Assembly: GCF_004010195.1 (NCBI RefSeq)
Contig: NC_057718.1
Coordinates: 75,620,011-75,677,705, forward strand
Source: Chiloscyllium plagiosum
Lineage: Eukaryota
Reading direction: 5' to 3'
DNA: 57,695 bases
Both the position numbers and the translations under genes were made by a program. The notes under the pieces were generated by a model that was not told where the DNA came from, did no database searches, and saw nothing but the letters and a program-made list of their open reading frames with translations. Shown piece after piece: positions 37,011 through 49,968 of this stretch; positions within the stretch are counted from its first letter, which is position 1, and each line of letters opens with the position of its first letter.

Positions 37011-37869
37011 GTTCACCACAGACTGTGAGTTAAGCAGCCACAGGTAAGCTCACTGCTGCAGTGATTATGTTTCTAGTTCACTGCCATCCCTTCTACTGCA
37101 GTTGTATAATTTTAAATAAAAATTCTATCCATAATTGTACTGATAAGTTGAGACATTCAGTGATAGTAAGAGAAGTAAAGGAGAGTACATGAAAGAGAGA
37201 GGAAAAGAGGAAAGGAAAATGTTGATACATTGTATTTGATGCCTTCAAGACATTCCAAAGAATTCTGAAGCCAATAGGAACATAAAGACAAGTAGAAGCA
37301 TTTTGGCCCTTTGAACGTAGTCTGCATTCCATTAGACCATGGCTATTATACTTTCAGAGATTCACATAACGTTGACATTGGGCAATGACATTGGATGACA
37401 TTTATCTTCTTTCATCTCATTCGTTCCAACATAACCACTTGCAGGGATTGGGGTCTACGATTGTGAAATTTGGTTTGTTCTCTTTAAAGCAGAGATGGTT
37501 AAAAGGGACAGATTCAAAATGCTGATAGGTTGTAAGAGGGTAGACAAGGCAAAACCATTTTGCTGGCAGGTTGCTTGGTAACCAAAGGCAGAGAATTATG
37601 AAAATTACAGTGCACTTTTTATGATCTGAAGTATACTTCCTAAAATGACAGTAGAAATAGATTCACCAGTAACACTGAAGAGAAAATTAGATAAATACTT
37701 GAACAGTGAAAGTTTGCTGGTAATGAGGAATACATATTTCAAGTGATGAACCAAAAGCTTTAATGCTATATTCTATGATTTGCAAGAGAATGTAACAAAT
37801 AACTAACAAAGTAGTTCCTTCAGTCAGGAAGAATCCACTTAATCAAAGACTTTACTCTGGGAAAACAAT

Positions 37870-38062
37870 ATAAACTGAAAGAACTGTGGATACTATAAAT
37901 CAGAAACAAAAACAGAAGTTACTGGAAAAGCTCAGCAGGTCTGCCAGCTTTCTCTATGGAGAGAAGTCAGAGTTTACTCTCTGAGGGTAGAACTCTGATC
38001 TTTGTCCACAGATGCTGCCAGACCTGCTTAGCTTTACCAGCAATTTCTGTTTTTGTTTTTGG
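37870..38062. mobile_element. Palindromic Penelope-like terminal remnant
   Basis: aaacaaaaacagaagttactggaaaagctcagcaggtctg … cagacctgcttagctttaccagcaatttctgtttttgttt. Confidence 0.75.
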
Positions 38063-39336
38063 AAAAAAAGTTGTCTGGTAATCGGTCTCTATTTTTACAA
38101 TTACCAGATAGCATCATTATGAATGCTTAGCTAAGTTCCAAGACTTATTAATAGATACGTTCAGCAGAGTCTACTTATAAGCTCGAAAGGGAGTATTTTC
38201 TAGTTATTCCCCTTGATATTTATTTTTTGATTCTCTATATATTTATTTGGGTAAGATTAAAGGCTGAATGTTTTGGCTAATTTCTGAGTTGTTTGGAGAG
38301 GTTTCTTGTCACATGGCCTAGCAAGATTTCCCATTATATTTTGCTCAACACACCTCATTAACTACCTACTACCACCACCCCATAGTGGCTCTCTCATTCA
38401 ATATGGCCCACATCTTACCATGCAACAGTTCTGAAACAACTTGCCACTTAATGGATAACCACTGAAAGATTGGTATTCCTGGCACCATTGTCATCTTTAA
38501 AAGGCCACTGTATATCTGGATTAACATCAGCAATCTGGTATTGCCTTTCAGCCACAAAACCATAACTAGCATGGATGATGCTCCTTCACAAATAGAACCA
38601 CACCCTCACACCATACTTGTTTTTTAACTACTAGGCGACGGAGTTGACCTGTCCTTTGCTACATCCCACCCAAACAGCCTCCCTTACAGCCTCACTGCTG
38701 CTCTGTCCTACTGAAGTCCCATAACGTGTCATTGTCCAGTAGGGGAATATTATCATACACAGACAAGCAATCCGAAAATGAGATTGTATTTACATCCAGC
38801 AAAGCCTAACATAAGGGAAATATGTAGGGAGGCTGCAGTATTGCTCCCAAAATGCAAACCAAATGCTGGTGACATGACCAACAACTATTTTACGTTTCAA
38901 TGATAGTCTGCTGCACCCAGCTCTGACCCAATGGAACTGGATGTCAGTCAGGTCCTGGAGTGTCCAAAGCTCTGTCATGCACAATGAGGGCCTTCTCATC
39001 TCCATTGTCCTCTTCGTCCTTAAAAGAAGAATGCTCCTGTTCCCACAGTTCCTTAATATCTATCACATCGCCTCACTGCCTGTTCCAACTGTGCAAAGCA
39101 CCATATGTGAGGATATGTGACACATTCTGTCTGGACTGTACTGGAGAGCCCACTAGTCCAAGTTGCAGAACCATGGTCAGAGCATGTACATGGTTGGAGG
39201 TTGATGGGTGGCCTTATAGATTCCAGCTGAGTGACCAGCACACGACATCAAACGGTGTGGCTGCTGCATACCATCCCTTTCCCACCCTCGATCCATATTA
39301 ATTCTTCAAGTATTCATTGCTCGTATGAGTCCTTAG

Positions 39337-41345
39337 TTATAGTCATAGTCATAGAGATGTACAGCGCAGAAACAGACCCTTTGGTCCATGCCGACCAGAT
39401 ATCCCAACTCAATCTAGTCCCACCTGCTAGCACCAGGCCAATATCCCTCCAAACCCTTCCTATACATATACCCATCCAGATGACTTTTAAATGTTGCAAT
39501 TGTCTAGCCTCCACCACTTCCTCTGGCAGCTCATTCCATACACGTAGCACCTTCTGCATGAAAATGTTGCCCTTTTAGTCTCTTTTATATCTTTCCCCTC
39601 TCACCCTAAACCTATGCCCTCTAGTTCTGGGCTCCCCCATCCCAGGGAAGAGACTTTATCTATTTATCCTATCCATGCCCCTCATGATTTTATAAGCCTC
39701 TATAAGGGTATCCCTCAGCCTCTGGTGCTTCAGGGAAAACAGCCCCAGCCTATTCAACCTCTCCCTATAGCTCAAATCCTGCAACCCTGGCAGCATCCTT
39801 GTAAATCTTTTCTGAACCCTTTCAAGTTTCATAATATCTTTCCGATAGGAAGAAGACCAGAATTGCATGCAATATTCCAACAGTGGCCTAACCAATGTCC
39901 TGCACAGCCACAACATGACCTTCCAACTCCTATACTCAATACTCTGACCAATATAGGAAAGCGTACCAAACACCTTCTTCACTATCCTATCTACCTGCAA
40001 CTCCACTTTCAAGGAGCTATGAACCTGCCCTCCAAGATCTTTTTGTTCAGCAACATGCCCTAGGACCTTAACATTAAGTATATAAGTCATGCTAAGATTT
40101 GCTTTCCCAAAATGCAGCGCCTCACATTTATCTAAATTAAACTCCAATTGCCACTTCTCAGCCCATTGGCCCATCTGATCAAGATCCCGTTGTAATCTGA
40201 GGTAACCTTCTTCGCTGTCCACTCCACCTACAATTTTGGTGTCATCTGCACACTTACTCACTGTATCTCTTATACTCACATCCAAACCATTTACATAAAT
40301 GACAAAAAGTAGTGGACCCAGCACCAATCCTTGCGGCACTCCACTGGTCACAGGCCTCCAGTCTGAAAAACAACCCTCTGCCACCACCCTCTACCTTTGA
40401 GCCAGTTCTGTATGCAAATGGCTAGTTCTCCCTGTATTCCGTGAGATCTAACCTTGCTAATCAGTCTCCCATGTGGAACCTTGTCGAGCACCTTACTGAA
40501 GTCCATATAGATCACATTTACCACTCTGCCCTCATCAATCCTCTTCTTTACTTCTTCAAAAAACTTAATCAAGTTTGTAAGTCATGATTTCCCATACACG
40601 CACCACGTTAGCCAACCTCCAGTCTTCCGGCACCTCACCTGTGACTATCGATGATACAAATATCTCAGTAAAAGGCCCAGCAATCAATTCCTGAGCTTCC
40701 CACAGAGTTCTTGGGTACACCTGATCAGGTCCTGGGGATTCATCCACTTTTATGCATTTCAAGACATCCAGCACTTCCTCCTCTGTAATATGGACAGTTT
40801 TCAAGATACCGCCATCTATTTCCCTACATTCTACATCTTCCATGTCCTTTTTCACAGTAAATACTGATGCAAAATACTCAGTTAATATCTCCCCCATCTC
40901 CTGTGGCTCCACACAAAGACTGTCTTGCTGATCTTTGAGGGGCCCTATTCTCTGCCTCGTTACCCTTTTGTCCTTAATGTATTTGCAAAAACCCTTTGGA
41001 TTCACCTTAACTCTATTTGCCAAAGCTACCTCATGTCCCCTTTTTGCCCTCCTGATTTCTCTCTTAAGTATACTCCTACTGCCTTTATACTCTTCTAAGG
41101 ATTCACTCGATCTATCCTGTCCATACCTGACATATGCTTCCTTCTTTTTCTTAACCAAACCCTTAGTTTCTTTAGTTATCCAGCATTCCCTATGCCTACC
41201 AGCCTTTTCTTTCATCTTAGCAGGAATATACTTTCTCTGGACTCTCATTATCTCATTTCTGAAGGCGTTCAATTTTCCAGCCGTCCCTTTACCTGCGAAC
41301 ATCTACCCTCAATCAGCTTTTGAATATTCTTGCCTAATACCATCA
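39337..41345 (-). mobile_element. CR1 (HER1-like) LINE, ~2 kb 3' portion
   Basis: ORFs 40565-41302, 40348-40572 and 39656-40387 (SPGPDQVYPR, VIYMDFSK, SGVPQGLVLGPLLF, ADDTK, LVRPLLEYC); tandem tail at ~39337-39357. Confidence 0.95.
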
Positions 41346-43143
41346 AGTTGTACTGACATGACATATGCTGAAGTGATGGTCCCCTCTTCCCACAATACTG
41401 TTAGAATTTCAGAAGTGATGGGACATTTTTGGCCAGCAATTTCCTCTTTTTAAACCATTGCTGCTAAATTCTGCTTCATTAAGATGGTATTATTGCAAGC
41501 ATCAATGGTATGGAACCGAACACTCTTGACTAGTATTTGAAGTCTTAGCACGTTCACTCCCCATGTGTTGCAAATGGGCAAAAAAATGATTGGAAATGAA
41601 ATGGAGATGGAGTTTGTAAGTGTATGCATCATTTTCTTGCCCTGATGGTCAGCAGACATAAATCCTGCACTTTCACCCATCAAACTAACTCTTGCTCCAT
41701 GCACCCTGGGTATCGGATAAGCCATTTTTCTGTTGCATTTCACATCTAGACACCATCAAGTAATGGTAGGGAATATAGTTTGCAGTGAATATTGTAAGCA
41801 TTGGGGTCCATCTGATCACCTCCCAGAGCCTCCATGTACCATTTTCCACTACCTCGACAACAGGTTTCCATTCCCTCACACTGAAATCTACTACATTGAA
41901 CATTGTCCCCAACTGTCCTCCCTGCCCCTGAGTATTATACTGTATTCATGCCACCCTCCACCTAGCCTCCCCTGTAGAGACTACATAGATGGTCACTGCC
42001 AATAACCCCAACTTCTGTAGACTACCATGTCCTCTGATGCTGTTCATCTTACTTTTCCATGCACCTTGAGATTCCCTCTTGTCACTGTCTCTGTCCCCAT
42101 ATCTGCACATACCTCTGCTTTTCCCCACAATCATAACTTCCTCTCTCCTTTTGGCAGTGATTCCCCCCACCTCCACACCCCAACCTGCAGGCCAATTGCA
42201 CTCTCCCTAACGATCAACAGCCAGAAATGTATTTGCCCTGGACATCCAACTGACTTTGACAAACAGTTCCTAAACATGACTGACTAGACCTCTGACTATT
42301 TTGTTTGCAGCTCCCCAGTTCACAATTGCAACTCCCCTGAATGCTTATGATGGCCCTGTAGGAATGATCATTGCCCTCTCTAATTTTGTAGTTTGACATA
42401 TTCTACTTACAAGCATTATACATGCTGTAGATGTTAGTTTGATGTTTTGGTGTGCTGTACAGCAAAGCATCATATCTCTCCCCAACCCGGATAGATCCTA
42501 ATGACAAGCAATCACCCTATATCTGTGGAATAGAACATTTCAGTACAGCAGTAGTGATAGACTTTGCTCTGGGTAAAGAACCAACAACCTAAAAGCCATG
42601 GCATCGCAAGGCAAGGCAAGGATACAGTGACTTCTCAGGTACGTGCCACATATATTGGTAGCTCTGAGATGCAGCCTGATTGAACGAGTAAGCTGGGTGC
42701 CTGTCCTTGCCCGCAAAGTGTCCTTTCACTTCGGGTGCATCCTGCAATATGCTTCCTAAGGGTCCTGCAAATGGATCAGAGAAATGCTCTCAGGATTATG
42801 AGGGGTCGACATGTTGGATGCCAATGCTCATGTGCCATGGGTAATGCCCTGAGATGCTGTTTGGTGCTGACCAACATGGGGCACAGCTTGCAGCCAGCAG
42901 CAAGCTGCATTCACCGGGCACCCACTCTGACTTCCATGTGAAGGATTCTTGATGTCTAGCATGCTTGGCACATTATGATAGGAAACTGAATGTTAATGAA
43001 GCAAATTGTAGCTTTAGTGAGGCTTTTAGCAAGCTATAATCCCCCTTAATTGGCATTCTCTATGGCCTGGTGAGAACTTTGCCTCACTGCTTGGTAAAGG
43101 CATAAATATTGGAGCAAGCTTGTACTGATTGTAATGAGGTCAG

Positions 43144-45147
43144 TGCTACGACCTGGGGTAAACCCTCCTACTTAATTTAAACCAGCAACGCTGAAAAGAT
43201 TTATCCCGTGTGGTAATCTGTTAAAATTTGAGTGGCCAAGAACTAGTTAAAGTAAAAGTAACAACTTTATTTCTTAAAGTATAACAGAGAATAATTAACT
43301 AACAACAATTTACAACTCCTGCCTCTAATCTATCTTTTACTTTCCCTTCTATAATACTAGTCCAATAAAACCCCCGATTAAGATCTACTGGAAAAAGATT
43401 CAAATTTCAAAACCAGCCAGATGTCGAAACTTCTTTTCTTCTTCTTCAGGATTTCTGCTTCAAAGGTCACTGATTGATACACGTACCTTTAAGAGAACTA
43501 TTCTCTGGGCAGTCTGCAGCCTTCACTGGTTTGGCAGTTCTCCTCCAACTGTTCAATTTTTCCCAGTCATATACCACCAAAGAGTTGGATTGTGTCATTG
43601 GCCTTTAAGATTGTCAACATACTAAATTCAAACTTAATTGGAGGTTGGTATTTTTTGGGGGTATACTTTAAACTGATTGGCCTATTTCAAATCTGTTTTG
43701 TCATTTCCAGGCACCCAGCTACACTAGCTACTGGACCACATGTTACATTATATCTTGCCCAGAACACTTGGTGCTGTCAGGTAGTTCTGCTAGCTTATAA
43801 CTCCCTTAAAGGTAGAATACACCTACACCTTTATTCCTCCCCCTTAAGAAAAAATGAACCATCATAATGTTAAGATGGCTTCATTTTTTCTTTTTTTTAA
43901 CACATTACCCTAACATGTAGATAACTTTAATATAAGATCACCTTAACTTCTTCCCATTAAATAAATACAAATCTCATCTAAACTTTATCAGTTAAATCTG
44001 TGATAAAGCATTCGCGATTACATTCTTATGACCCACAACGTATACAATTTTTAAAGTAACAGTCTGTAATATTAGACTCCAATAAAATAGTCTCATATTC
44101 TTGTCTTTAGAGCGTTCCAAGAATGTAAGCAGATTGTGATCTGTGTACACAACCGTCTCCGACACATTGTTCAGTGACATACACATCAAAATCTTGTAAG
44201 GCCAGTATCAAACTTAATAGTTCCTTTTCAATCATGGAATATTTCTTTTGGTGAATGTTAATCTTCTTTGAAAAGTGACCAACTGGCAGTTCAATCCCAT
44301 CCTCATTTTCCTGTAGGAATATAGCTCCAACTCCTATGTCACTAGTGTCGATGGTGACTTTAAACAGTTTTGAAAAGTTTGGTGTGGTTAAAACTGGTTT
44401 GGTGGTTAATATTGCTTTCAAATGGTTGAATGCCTCCTGGCATGGCTCTGTCCACCGAACCTTTGTGTTCTTCTTCAGCAAATCGGTTAACAGTTCCACT
44501 ACACTGTTGAAGCTTGAAATAAACTTCCAATAGAATCCATTGAATCTTAAGAATTGAAGCATCTCTTTCTTCGAGGTTGGTCGTGGGGTCAAGCTTCCAT
44601 GACCGATGTTATGTCCCAAGAAGGTCACCTCTGTTTTTGCAAATTCAGTTTTATTTAAGTTTATCACCAATTTTGCTTCTCATAGTCATACAAAGAGCTT
44701 TACCAACTGTACCGTGTGATCTTTCCAAGACTTACTATAGATGACTACTTCATCCAAACAAACTGCACAGTTTGTTAACCCAGCCACAACTCTTTTCATA
44801 AATCTTTGGAATGTGGCGGGTGCATTCTTCATTCTAAAGGGGAGTTCTCCTCCAACTGTTCAATTTTCCCCGGTTTTATGCCCCCAAAATATCAGATTGT
44901 GTCATTGGCTTTTAAGATCATCAATATACTCAATTCAAACTTGTTTGAAGTTTAGATTTTTGGGGGGGGGTATAATTTAAACTGATTGGCCTAATTCGAA
45001 TCTGTTTTGTCATTTCCAGGCAAACAGCTACACTTGCTACTGGACCACATGTTACATTATATCTTGTTCAGAACACTTGGTGCTGTCAGGTAGTTCTACA
45101 AGTTTTTAACTCACTTAAAGATACAGTACACCCACATCTTCATAACA
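43144..45147 (-). mobile_element. Internally deleted Gypsy-group (Gmr1-like) LTR retrotransposon
   Basis: TG…CA ends on minus; 5-bp TSD gtcag (43139-43143, 45148-45152); 3' LTR ~43144-43834; partial 5' LTR ~44844-45147; PPT aagggggagg ~43834-43845; RT/RNase H ORFs 44107-44670 and 43992-44189. Confidence 0.9.
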
Positions 45148-45212
45148 GTCAGCCAGGTGGACCTCATTGAAAATGGGTTCCCTGATTGGGGCTGTTAATC
45201 TGGTCCAATCAG

Positions 45213-45537
45213 ATGTGCGGCATGATGGCTCAGTTGTTAGCACTGCTCTCTCACAGCACCAGGGACCTGGGTTTGATTCCAGCCTCAAGCAACTGTCTGT
45301 GTGGAATTTGCACATTCTCCCTATGTCTGGGTGCTCCTCCCACAATCCAAAGATGTGCAGGATAGGATGGATTGGCCATGCTAAATTGTTCCTTGTGTCC
45401 AAGGATGTGCAGGCTAGGTGGATTTGCCTTGAGAAATGCAGGATTACAGCGGGAGGGTAAGGGATCTGGGTCTGGATAGGATGCTCTTCGGAAGGTCAGT
45501 GTGGACTTAATGGGCCGATTAGCCTGCTTCTAAATTT
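45213..45537 (+). mobile_element. HE1-like SINE inserted in the host LTR
   Basis: tRNA-like head and V-domain; flanked by aatcag duplication (~45207-45212, 45538-45543). Confidence 0.85.
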
Positions 45538-45706
45538 AATCAGGGAGCTCTGGCTGACAGATATAAACAGGAGTATCAGAGGTTCTGTTTACTCTGAGAT
45601 CTGGCTCTGAGGGAACTTATCAGTGTCAAGACTCTCCACATGTAAATAGAGGGTGACTTAATGATGGCATATTGGCATCTGTGGAGTTAGGCCCAATTGG
45701 CCACAC

Positions 45707-46130
45707 AGTTATAGAGTCATAGAGATGTACAGCATGGAAACAGACCCTTCGGTCCAACCCATCCATGCCGACCAGATATCACATCCCAATCTAGTTCCAC
45801 CTGCCAGCACCCGGCCCATATCCCTCCAAACCCTTCCTATTCATATACCCATCCAAATGCCTTCTAAATGTTGCAATTGTACCAGCCTCCACCACAGCCT
45901 CTGGCAGCTCATTCCATACACGTACGACACTGTGTGAAAAAGTTGCCCCGTACGTCTCTTTTGCATCTTTCCCCTCTCACCCTAAATCTATGTTCTCTAG
46001 TTCTGGACTCCCTGACCCCAGGGAAAAGACTTTGCCTATTTACCCTATCCACGCCCCTCATAATTTTGTATACCTCTATAAGGTAACCCCTCAGCCTCTG
46101 ACGCTCCAGGGAATACAGCCCCAGCCTATT
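45707..46130 (-). mobile_element. CR1 (HER1-like) 3' end
   Basis: Reverse complement of the 1-336 type sequence, with tandem tail. Confidence 0.92.
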
Positions 46131-46840
46131 AAAATGAGGGAAATACTAAATGAGTATTTTGCATCAGTATTTACTGTGGAAAAGGATATGGAAGATATAG
46201 ACTGTAGGGAAATAGATGGTGACATCTTGCAAAATGCATATTACAAAGTCAGGGATCTATAGACTGGTGGGCCTGACATCAGTGGTAGGCAAGTTGTTGG
46301 AGGGAATCCTGAGGGACAGGATGTACATGTATTTGGAAGGCAAGCACTGATTAAGGATAGTCAACATAGTTTTGTGCATGGGAAATCATGTCTCACAAAC
46401 TTGATTGAGTTTTTTGAGGAAGTAACAAAGAAGATTGATGAGGGCAGAGCGGTAGATGTGATCTATATGGACTTCAGCAAGGCGAGTTGCAGGTAGATAG
46501 GATAGTGAAGGCGGCTTTTGGTATGCTTTCCTTTATTGGTCAGAGTATTGAGTACAAGAGTTGGGAGGTTCTGTTGCAGCTGTACAGGACATTGGTTAGG
46601 CCAGTGTTGGAATATTGTGTGCAAATCTGGTTCATTTCAGTTAGTGCATGTAATACAGTTAACAAGCAATATCATCTGCTGGATTATATCTCCTTGAAAG
46701 TGGAGTTGCAGGTAGATAGGATAGTGAAGGCGGCTTTTGGTATGCTTTCCTTTATTGGTCAGAGTATTGAGTACAAGAGTTGGGAGGTTTTGTACAGGAC
46801 ATTGGTTAGGCCAATTTGGAATATTGTGTGCAATTCTGGT
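46131..46840 (+). mobile_element. Rearranged internal CR1 ORF2 pieces in opposite orientation
   Basis: EILNEYFASVFTVEKD, KSCLTNLIEFFEEV, VIYMDFSKA and LYRTLVRP.LEYC, joined across deletions. Confidence 0.85.
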
Positions 46841-46899
46841 TCATTTCAGTTAGTGCATGTAATACAGGTAACAATGCAATATCATCTGCTGGATTATAT
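46484..46899. repeat. ~210-bp tandem duplication (CR1 piece plus flank)
   Basis: 46484-46689 matches 46703-46899, including non-CR1 tcatttcagttagtgcatgtaatacag…ggattatat. Confidence 0.9.
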
Positions 46900-47439
46900 A
46901 TAAGCAAAGGAAATTAAGAGAGGAGAGCAACAACTGTCAGGCACAAGCCCATGATTCCAGCACATTTTGCATCATGCTCAAAGGTACTTGGAATTGCAGT
47001 TGGTTAGTTCCTGTTCAGCAGGAGCAACAATAGTTCAGGGAAAACCACAAACCTAAGTTTTGTATTATGCACAGGACATTACTCACGAATAGGAGTGACA
47101 CTGCAAAGATCATCGCCAAAGGCTCAGCAATCTCTTCCCTCACTTCATGTAGTAAACTTAGGTATATCCCATCTGGCCCAGGCAACTTATCTATCCTTTT
47201 GTTTTTCAATGTTTTCGGCATATCCTCCTTCTGAACAACAACACACCACCTTATCCTATCAATTAAGATCAAGATGATCCTGGATAATGCAGGCATTTTC
47301 TGTATGCTGAGATGCACCTCTCAACAAGGGCAAACAAAAAAACAAAATTCACTCTCACTTCTAATCAGCCAGCTGATTGGGGAATAAGAGAATTTGAGCA
47401 AGGTGATAGTTTATCAGGGAACAGCAATTCCCACACTCC

Positions 47440-48025
47440 TATATGTATCAGAGATTTGGACAACAGTGGGTAGCTCCAAATACTACAGACACACTATCAG
47501 CAATGTCTTCATATATAACACCTTCTAACATCCAACTGCAGAAAAGGTGGTCCCAACTGCAGCATTCTTTGCTAAGCCAACGTATCGCATGTCAAGGTAC
47601 TAATCACTTGAAACTAGCTTCACTGGGAGGACATGCCATTCAATACCAGACATATGAAGCAGCTGTCTATTCAGAAGTCAGGTACAGCATGAGACTTCCA
47701 GCAGGACAACAGGAATGCTTTAGAGGTACCCTCAAAGCATTGCTGCAGAGGTCAAAAATACCTGCCAACTCATTGGAGTTCCATGCTGCTGACTGACAAA
47801 TAAATGAGGTATAATCACAGAAACTTCATCATCAGCGTCTAGACAGGAAACTGAGGTATTGAATATAGAGGATACAACTTCAAAATTCCTGATCTACTGA
47901 GTTCTTGAAACACCACCTGCCCCATGTGTAACCAAATCTACTAATTGTAAATTAGATTTATCAACCACCTCAGAATGGATCAAACCGGACTGCAAGAAAG
48001 TCATCCTTGATCTCAATGGATGATT
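47440..48025 (+). mobile_element. RTE-clade LINE 3' remnant
   Basis: GHAI, YSEVRYSMRLPAGQQECFRGTLKALL, and a terminal C2H2-like CPMC…NHLR. Confidence 0.7.
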
Positions 48026-48429
48026 TTAGTACTAACTCAGTTTACTATAAGGCAATGCATTCTGGAGATGAGGCAAGGAAAGTATAAGAAGAAAATTATG
48101 AATGGATTTGCAACTTGCCCTTGAGGGATTAAACTTATTTTGCTCTACTATAACTTTGGAAGCTACAAAAGATATACAACGATCACAATTAAAATGCAGA
48201 TCATTTGGAAAAACAAGAATTTCTCATCCCTAAGTACTTCTGTATACAAAAAAACAGAAACATGAGATTCTATACTCTACAGCAAATCACATCTATCACA
48301 TTAAGAATACTTTTGTTTACAAAACTTTACCAGTCTGTATGTCCTTCCACAAGACCCAGGACTTTGAACTTCTTCAAAGATGACAAAGCAGCTCTCTTTC
48401 TATTTGTTCATCTTTATGACAGTTCAGCA

Positions 48430-49220
48430 GTGGCAAGAGAAAAGCATGCACCTGAAGAAATTTGCTCGCAACAATCTTTGCGTTGGAGTAAGCATTTCTG
48501 GCATAATGCTATTTTTTGGGAAACTTGACACAATCGATCTTGCAGTTAAAGACTGAGCCCAATGTGTGGAAAGAATGCATTATTCTTTCCTAACAAATGG
48601 CATTGGAGCAGTTGAAAAGCAACAAATAATTCTCCTGACAGCTTGTGAACCCATAGCTTTTTTGGTTATTAGGAGCCTAACTTTCCCTCAGGTTTAGTCA
48701 AGAAATATTACAACCTGAAGCCTCCTCTAATACTGAGATACCATCAGTTTTACTCAGCAATTTAATGACGAGGGGAATCCATATCAGGATTTTTAACAAG
48801 GTTAAGATGACTCGCAGAAGCAAGTGACTTTGGTTTAAACCTTAATGTGATGCTGAGAAGCCATTTGGTGTTCAAGATCAATGATGCAACCATGCAAAAA
48901 TACCTACTGGTTGAAATCCAACTGGAATTCAACAGGCACTACAACTGGCTTTATCAATGAAAAATGCAGCAAGTGGAGCATATGAGGTACAGGGTATTCC
49001 AATGGAATGGACATCTTTGCAAGTCCGACTGAGCTTGGGGAGCACAGCTTGACTGAAGGCAATTGCACAGCCTCACTCAGGCCATATCCTGAACAGAGGG
49101 TCTCTCAGTCAGCCCACAGCAAAACCCAAAAACAAAGCCAAGCCTCAGCCAAACGGTTAACATTTTCTTCAGGATCCAGGATGGCAAGCCATTGTATTTG
49201 TTGCTGGTATTTTAAAGTTG
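48430..49220 (+). mobile_element. Gypsy internal region: PBS-like site and degraded gag
   Basis: gtggcaagag (PBS-like) then ATG ~48506: ~MLFFGKLD..D.AV.D*AQCVERM.Y.F..N.I…IILLTAC; later HQFYSA…GESISGFLTRLR*LAE. Confidence 0.7.
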
Positions 49221-49689
49221 CTATCGATTTCAAGACAGCCTTTGTTGGACTTCACATGCAATTCTGCCTCAAATCTCATCATAGATCGTGTCATTCAGAC
49301 CCCTATAAGATTTTTCCCAATATTTAATTAACCAATAAATGAAGTAGTATCACAGCACATTCACAGATTACTTCCTCTCTTGATTACACCATTAGGTACA
49401 TGCTAATCAAATACATACATCTTGATGTGTAACACATTAATCAGAGCTTCTCACTGTCAGTATGTTCTAAGAAGCAGTCATTAATTCTCTTCATTTATCT
49501 TTGTTTCTCCAGTTTTATCCTCAGGTCTTTGTGAATTGTGATTCATGTCAGGGAACAATCCTGCATTTAGTAGCAGTCCTTGAATACAGCTGCAAAATGA
49601 TAAGCTTTTCCACAATGTGGAGGGAATTATCAATCCTCCATTAACTCAGGAGTTAGAAGCAGAAGTCCAAATCAAATTTGTCCCATCAA

Positions 49690-49968
49690 TCCTCTTGGGT
49701 AAATTAAAAGATTTCATGGCACTATTTTCAAGAAGAGCAAGGGGAATTTCCAAATGTTCCAGCCAATATTTTTCCTCAGCCCACTTCGCTAAAACACATT
49801 TTCTAACCACAATCAGACTCGTGTTTGTGGGACCTACTTCTGCAGAAAATGGTTGCTATGTTTCTCATGCTCTAACTGATTATGCTTCAAATGCATTTCA
49901 TTGGCTATCAAGTAACTCAAGGTGTCCTGACATCATAAAAGGTACTATATAAATGCAAATCTCTCTTT
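49690..49968 (+). mobile_element. DeuSINE (SacSINE1/AmnSINE-like) remnant
   Basis: taaaagatttcatggcactattttcaagaagagcaagggga…gccaatattt…tgtttgtggga…ttcattggct…tatataaatgcaa resembles the Deu domain plus tail. Confidence 0.75.

Larger units (their letters stand above)
43130..45690 (+). mobile_element. Host LTR (tgtaatgaggtcag…) interrupted by an LTR element and a SINE
   Basis: Removing both inserts at their TSDs rejoins TGTAATGAGGTCAGCCAGGTGGACC…CCAATCAGGGAG…GATATAAACAGG…GTAAATAGAGGG, with TG start, CCAAT, TATA-like and polyA-like motifs. Confidence 0.65.

Noticed and set aside
39656..41302. 243- and 245-aa ORFs as genes
   Set aside because: Frameshifted CR1 ORF2 pieces.
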